DNA from: Candidatus Bathyarchaeota archaeon
GTDB taxonomy: Archaea > Thermoproteota > Bathyarchaeia > Bathyarchaeales > Bathycorpusculaceae
Direction: 5' to 3'
Assembly (NCBI GenBank): GCA_963739305.1
Contig: CAVTZU010000023.1
Coordinates: 32,001-96,000 of the forward strand
Length of the DNA: 64,000 nt
Shown: positions 59,703 to 64,000 of the stretch, piece by piece
How the letters are laid out: each line of letters starts with the position of its first letter
How positions within the stretch are numbered: position 1 is the first letter of the stretch
Notes under the pieces: generated by a model
The model's input: the letters and a program-made list of their open reading frames with translations, nothing else
What the model was told of the DNA's origin: nothing
The model's database searches: none
Program-made: the position numbers and the translations under genes

Positions 59703-60146
59703 CGGGAGCGGAGGCCTACTTAACATGGTTTTTGAGAGAAAAACAGTCAAAAATGACCTACCCCCCTAGGTTTTTTTCTTAGAGGGCATCGCTGTCATGC
59801 CTCTTCAAAGAGTTTGGACTGGTTCTTACTGTGGTCTGTGACTCGTTTTCAACATGGTTTTCACGGCGTGTGAATGTGAAGTGCCCACTGAAAATCGTCA
59901 GGTCGCAACGGTTCAGGAGAAGCAAGAAATTCTCTTTTTCAGTTGATGATCTTCAACAGGTCGGACCGCATCATTATTCCGACGGTGACTTTGCCCTTCT
60001 TAGTTAGCGCGGGAAGTTCTGCATGGAGGTCGCGGAAGGAAAAATATCGCCCCGCTGATCTGCTAACGTTCACAATAACCCTTAACTTCTCTGTAACCCT
60101 ATTCGCACGCAAACAGGTATACAAAAGCGACGTGAGGAAGTGAATC

Positions 60147-61262
60147 GTGCGCTCTGACTCAATAAACACGTTAGTCATCGTCGTAGTTCTCTTCTTCTTC
60201 GCAAACAACCTTACGGGAAGTTTTCTGCCCATATACTTCAGAGACCAAGGCCTCGATCTAGCTGAAATATGCGCCACTATGCTGCTTACGTTCGTGATAT
60301 TGGGGTTTTTACCAGTTACACTATTGAAAACTGTCAAAAACTTCGAAAGAATAGTAACCGTTGGAATATTCACGACGATGCTCTTCCTTATCGCGCTGAT
60401 ATACATAAGAAGCCCGATAATCTTAGGGCTGGCCTACGGGGTCAGCTTGGCTACTTTCTGGCCGAGCTTCAACTTGCTAATGTTCAGATTGAGCGAGTCG
60501 AACACTCGTGCAAGAACGATAAGCCTATACTCATCTATAATTCCCACTTTGGCAGGCGTAGCCGGACCAGGAACAGGCGGGTTCATCATTGAGAAATTTG
60601 GCTACTCAGCCCTCTTTGTGACTTCGGTAGTACTGTACCTGATGACCTTCTTGCTTTCAACCCGAATACATTACAGAAGTGAAGAAACCAAATTCTCCTT
60701 GCCGAAAAGCAAAACGTTTGCCATTTTCTTTGCAACCTTCATAATCGCTGGACTAGCCGAAACCTATTGGATCGCTTACCCATTCTTTGTCCTCGACATT
60801 TCAGGATCCATATTGAACATGGGACTCGTGTTAACAGCAACCAGCATTCTTATCGCGGCAGTGACATTCTCCGTCAGCTGGATCTCAGACATCAAGAAAA
60901 CCCGCGTTGAATTCGCAGTGATCGGGACGCTGCTCAGCTCAACTTGGTACTTCGCTATAGGATTGGCTTCTTCAATAAGTCAAATCATCGTTCTATCCCT
61001 GATTTCAGGCCTTGCAAACGCGTTCAGAATTTCATGGTCCGCTCACTTCGGCGACTCTTTCGGAAGAGAACACTACGCAAGCATACTTGTAATGATGGAA
61101 ACAGGACTCATGATAGGCAGGATCAGCAACCTCCCGGTAGCGTATTTGTTGATATCGACCACGAACTACGCAGGTTACTTCATGACTTTCGGGATTGTCA
61201 CGCTCTTCATGATTCCACTCTACATCGCAGCAAGGACAACTAGCGCGCGCATCGAGACTTGA
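60147..61262 (+). CDS. MFS transporter
   Basis: About 12 hydrophobic helices; GP..GG and W.SD motifs. Confidence 0.85.
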   Translation: MRSDSINTLVIVVVLFFFANNLTGSFLPIYFRDQGLDLAEICATMLLTFVILGFLPVTLLKTVKNFERIVTVGIFTTMLFLIALIYIRSPIILGLAYGVSLATFWPSFNLLMFRLSESNTRARTISLYSSIIPTLAGVAGPGTGGFIIEKFGYSALFVTSVVLYLMTFLLSTRIHYRSEETKFSLPKSKTFAIFFATFIIAGLAETYWIAYPFFVLDISGSILNMGLVLTATSILIAAVTFSVSWISDIKKTRVEFAVIGTLLSSTWYFAIGLASSISQIIVLSLISGLANAFRISWSAHFGDSFGREHYASILVMMETGLMIGRISNLPVAYLLISTTNYAGYFMTFGIVTLFMIPLYIAARTTSARIET

Positions 61263-61359
61263 CGATCTGAAAGAAGACTCTTTTCATGGATCTCAGATCC
61301 AATGTCTTGAAACGTTTAAATGCGGTGCCAAAACTTAGTCATCAACGAGATGAGAATTC

Positions 61360-61623
61360 ATGACCGAAACAACCGAAGAGAAACTACCGATTTCCGAGTT
61401 TTACAAAGTTGTCGAGTACGTGACTATTTTCAAGAGTCAAAAGTGGTGGGAAGCGGTTGTCATCTTTGAGTCTTACGGAAAACGCTCCATCGGCCTCTAT
61501 ATGTGGCAGAAGAGACAGGACGTTTGGAAACGAAAACACAAGTTTAACGTAAGAAACATGGATGAATGGAACAAACTCAAAAACGCAATAGAACAACTTG
61601 CGCCGAAACTAGGTACGAAGTGA
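61360..61623 (+). CDS. Hypothetical aromatic/basic small protein
   Basis: 87 aa, W/Y/K-rich; TATA TTTAAA upstream. Confidence 0.75.
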   Translation: MTETTEEKLPISEFYKVVEYVTIFKSQKWWEAVVIFESYGKRSIGLYMWQKRQDVWKRKHKFNVRNMDEWNKLKNAIEQLAPKLGTK

Positions 61624-61714
61624 CTGCCAAACACAGACTCTAGATCCTTATTCGAGATCAAAATTCTTGATTGAATAATCTTATTAGAATACAGAAGGTA
61701 CAAAAAAACAAAGG

Positions 61715-62143
61715 TTGAACAGTATGGATCCTAAAGAACAGACTGCGCAACAGACTGCGGACAATGAGCAGGAGCAATGGGTGGAAGAAGGCTGGGAAGA
61801 GAAAAACGCCCAACAAGAACCAGTCAAGGAGGAAAAACCAGCTCCGAAGCTTAAGCAAGAACCTAAGAAAGAGCCGACAATGCTCTATTTCGGGCCGCAA
61901 CATGAAGCCAACAGAGCCATTTTCATTAACGGACTCTCGGTAGGCTTAGGAGTCGGATGTATAGTCACTTTTGCCGTGATGTGGATTGCCGTTTTTTTCA
62001 CTCCACAACTACCAGCGAGCGCATCGTATCAAGACCTGCTTTCGATATTCATCTTTCCGCTGATCTACTTACTAGCAATAGGACTAATCACGTTGACAGC
62101 CGGAATTGTAAGAGAATTCTACACCGCTAAATTCAAAACATAG
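61715..62143 (+). CDS. Hypothetical two-TM membrane protein with acidic N-tail
   Basis: E/Q-rich N-terminus followed by two hydrophobic helices. Confidence 0.75.
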   Translation: MNSMDPKEQTAQQTADNEQEQWVEEGWEEKNAQQEPVKEEKPAPKLKQEPKKEPTMLYFGPQHEANRAIFINGLSVGLGVGCIVTFAVMWIAVFFTPQLPASASYQDLLSIFIFPLIYLLAIGLITLTAGIVREFYTAKFKT

Positions 62144-62224
62144 AATAACCAAAGCCTACGCGTCTTTTTTCAACTTTGACAAACATTTTAAATAAACGAC
62201 AGGCTGAGACTGTGTTGTGAAAAC

Positions 62225-62851
62225 ATGTCTTTTGGCCTGAAGCGGTCTCTTGAAAAGCTCACAAAGGAGAAAGCTCCAGGACCAAGCCCATCTTTCTCCA
62301 TGTTTGATTTTCTGCTAGCGATCGAACTAGTTGCTGAGAAATCAGTTGGACGAAACAGACTGGCGGGTATGTTGGGAATTGGAGAGGGCGCGGCACGTAC
62401 GTTACTGGGGAGATTGAGAGACGACGGTCTAATCTCGATCTCAAAAAAGGGATGTTCACTTACTGACAAAGGATTGCGACTCTGGAACAGGTACAGATCG
62501 ACCGTCAGAAAAGTCAGAATTGGGAAAAATGAGTTAACGTTCGCTGAATACAGTTTCGCGGTCCTAGTGAAGAATAGCGGACACAAAGTCAAGACAGGAA
62601 TGGAACAGAGAGACTCAGCGATAGTGGCTGGCGCAAAAGGTGCAACGACGTTGTTGCTTCAGAAAGGGCAATTGGTGTTCCCAGAATTTGATCGCAACGT
62701 CAAAAGAGATTTTGCCAACGCTTCAGAGCAAATAACTCGTCTCCTTAAGCCACAAGAGAATGACACGATCGTAGTCGTGAGCTCTGACACTGTTGCCAAA
62801 GCCGAACGCGGGGCCTTGGCAGCTGCATGGACGTTGATCGGGGACGATTAA
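62225..62851 (+). CDS. HTH protein (DUF4443/DUF2111-like)
   Basis: GR..LA..LGIGEG..RTLL.RL...G and RD.AI..GA.GA. Confidence 0.8.
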   Translation: MSFGLKRSLEKLTKEKAPGPSPSFSMFDFLLAIELVAEKSVGRNRLAGMLGIGEGAARTLLGRLRDDGLISISKKGCSLTDKGLRLWNRYRSTVRKVRIGKNELTFAEYSFAVLVKNSGHKVKTGMEQRDSAIVAGAKGATTLLLQKGQLVFPEFDRNVKRDFANASEQITRLLKPQENDTIVVVSSDTVAKAERGALAAAWTLIGDD

Positions 62852-62869
62852 CAGAACCTACGCGATAAC

Positions 62870-63631
62870 TCAAAAGGTGTACTTATCACCCTGTGCAAGA
62901 ACCCTCTCGATGGCTGTGTTGAAGTTGATCATACCGTCGTTTGTCTTGGCTGAAACTGGAATCAAGGGTGACTGAAGACCAAGCCTGTAAATTGCCTGCA
63001 TCATGTTCCTGCCAAACAACCGTTTCGTGCCTTCAAGCTTTTCGTCAATTGCGGCGGCAAGATCCGTCTGCCTCGACGACCAATTAACTATTTTGTTGAC
63101 TTCTTCCTCGGGAAGCAGATCGCATTTCGAGAGTACGTGCAGTTGGGGGAGCATGAACCGGTTGAAAACTGCAGATGAAAGAAAGAGGTTTGACACATAA
63201 TTGAGCGGATTGACCGAGAAAACTGCGTCATACAAGTACACGATGGCTTTGGGCTCTTTCGTGAGTTCATTTGTGATGTATGGTCCACTGGCCCTGAATG
63301 CAAACAGTTCCATCTGTCCTGAAGTATCGACCAAAACAAGATCTGTCTGGAGTTCCTCGATTTCCTTTGAGATTTTCTGAACTTCGTCCGCTATCAAATC
63401 AGCCGCCATCACCAGAGCGCCGTTTGGACCCAGCTGATACCTTTCCATCAAGTCTCCAATATCAATGTAGTCTCGCACGTCGATCTCAGGCGAGTATGGA
63501 AGAAATGAAACGCCTGGATCAAGATTTACGATTGCAACGTCTTGCTTGGATATTTTGAGCCAATCGGCAAAAGCTGATGTGAGAAGGGATTTTCCAGATC
63601 CTGCGGTCCCGATTATGAAGACGATAAACAT
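62870..63631 (-). CDS. GPN-loop GTPase
   Basis: GTAGSGKS, NLDPG, LGPNGA and DT.GQ.E.F. Confidence 0.93.
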   Translation of the reverse strand: MFIVFIIGTAGSGKSLLTSAFADWLKISKQDVAIVNLDPGVSFLPYSPEIDVRDYIDIGDLMERYQLGPNGALVMAADLIADEVQKISKEIEELQTDLVLVDTSGQMELFAFRASGPYITNELTKEPKAIVYLYDAVFSVNPLNYVSNLFLSSAVFNRFMLPQLHVLSKCDLLPEEEVNKIVNWSSRQTDLAAAIDEKLEGTKRLFGRNMMQAIYRLGLQSPLIPVSAKTNDGMINFNTAIERVLAQGDKYTF

Positions 63632-63821
63632 CTTGATCAGTTCACTCCGTAACTGTGAAATACCGTGCCTATTCAGTCAAACCTTCAGGCGCGAGTAAAA
63701 GCTTTTTCTTCTTAGAAATTTCGATATGACTTAATTCTCATGTTTTCTTTCGATGCATTCTCTGATGTTACGTTCACAAGCGTTGACGCTGGTGAATAGA
63801 TAGCAGTCTATTTTCACTTTT

Positions 63822-64000
63822 TTAACCAGCTTCTGCGGGAACTACTTTCCCGCCGTTCTTCATTACGAGGCTCGACAATTCTGTGATGGCTTTGTCTAGA
63901 CATTTCCTTGCGACGCTGGAATTCTCACCCGTAGTTGAGAGATGCAGTTCTATGTGGGATTTTCTTCCCTCAACTTGAATGCGAGACTTTACGTAAACAT
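63822..64000 (-). CDS. C-terminus of a CinA/molybdopterin-binding-domain-like protein (partial)
   Basis: Hand translation VYVKSRIQVEGRKSHIELHLSTTG...PAEAG-stop; runs off the window edge. Confidence 0.5.
   Translation of the reverse strand, partial: VYVKSRIQVEGRKSHIELHLSTTGENSSVARKCLDKAITELSSLVMKNGGKVVPAEAG

Noticed and set aside
1-64000. CRISPR arrays, rRNA/tRNA genes, IS elements, proviruses
   Set aside because: No spaced repeats, RNA-gene signatures, transposases or integrases recognised by eye; tRNAscan-SE and Infernal runs would be needed to exclude small RNAs

Overview
Gene-dense archaeal chromosomal segment, most consistent with Bathyarchaeia (TACK). The inference rests on an HMf-type histone together with ribosomal proteins S25e and S26e, an arcadin-1 homologue, HdrABC, EtfAB, 2-oxoacid:ferredoxin oxidoreductase, CofD/CofE and frequent TTG starts. 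Most of the window is housekeeping or metabolic (thermosome, rpoK, cdc48, fen, EF-1beta, glmS, pyrC/pyrF, GMP synthase, tRNA/RNA enzymes). I saw no rRNA, tRNA, CRISPR array, integrase or transposase. The strongest candidate for an undescribed system is at 6.9-9.6 kb: a TrpY-type repressor divergent from trpB2, five TGTACA-like TRP boxes in 10-bp phase between them, and a ParB/Srx-fold SerK-like gene 8 bp downstream of trpB2. This suggests a Trp-regulated indole-salvage module that makes its own O-phosphoserine. Other points: an ArcE (arginine synthetase)-like gene; a membrane-tethered wHTH regulator with a palindromic array upstream of a sequon-rich surface protein; a nitroreductase relic before cofE; rpoK lacking a canonical start; an orphan arcadin-1; an unknown four-gene operon with operator-like repeats; and two small genes missing from the ORF track. 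Four genes (trpB2, trpY, etfB, thermosome) carry +1 frameshifts that are probably assembly errors. All family calls come from motif recognition, not database searches.
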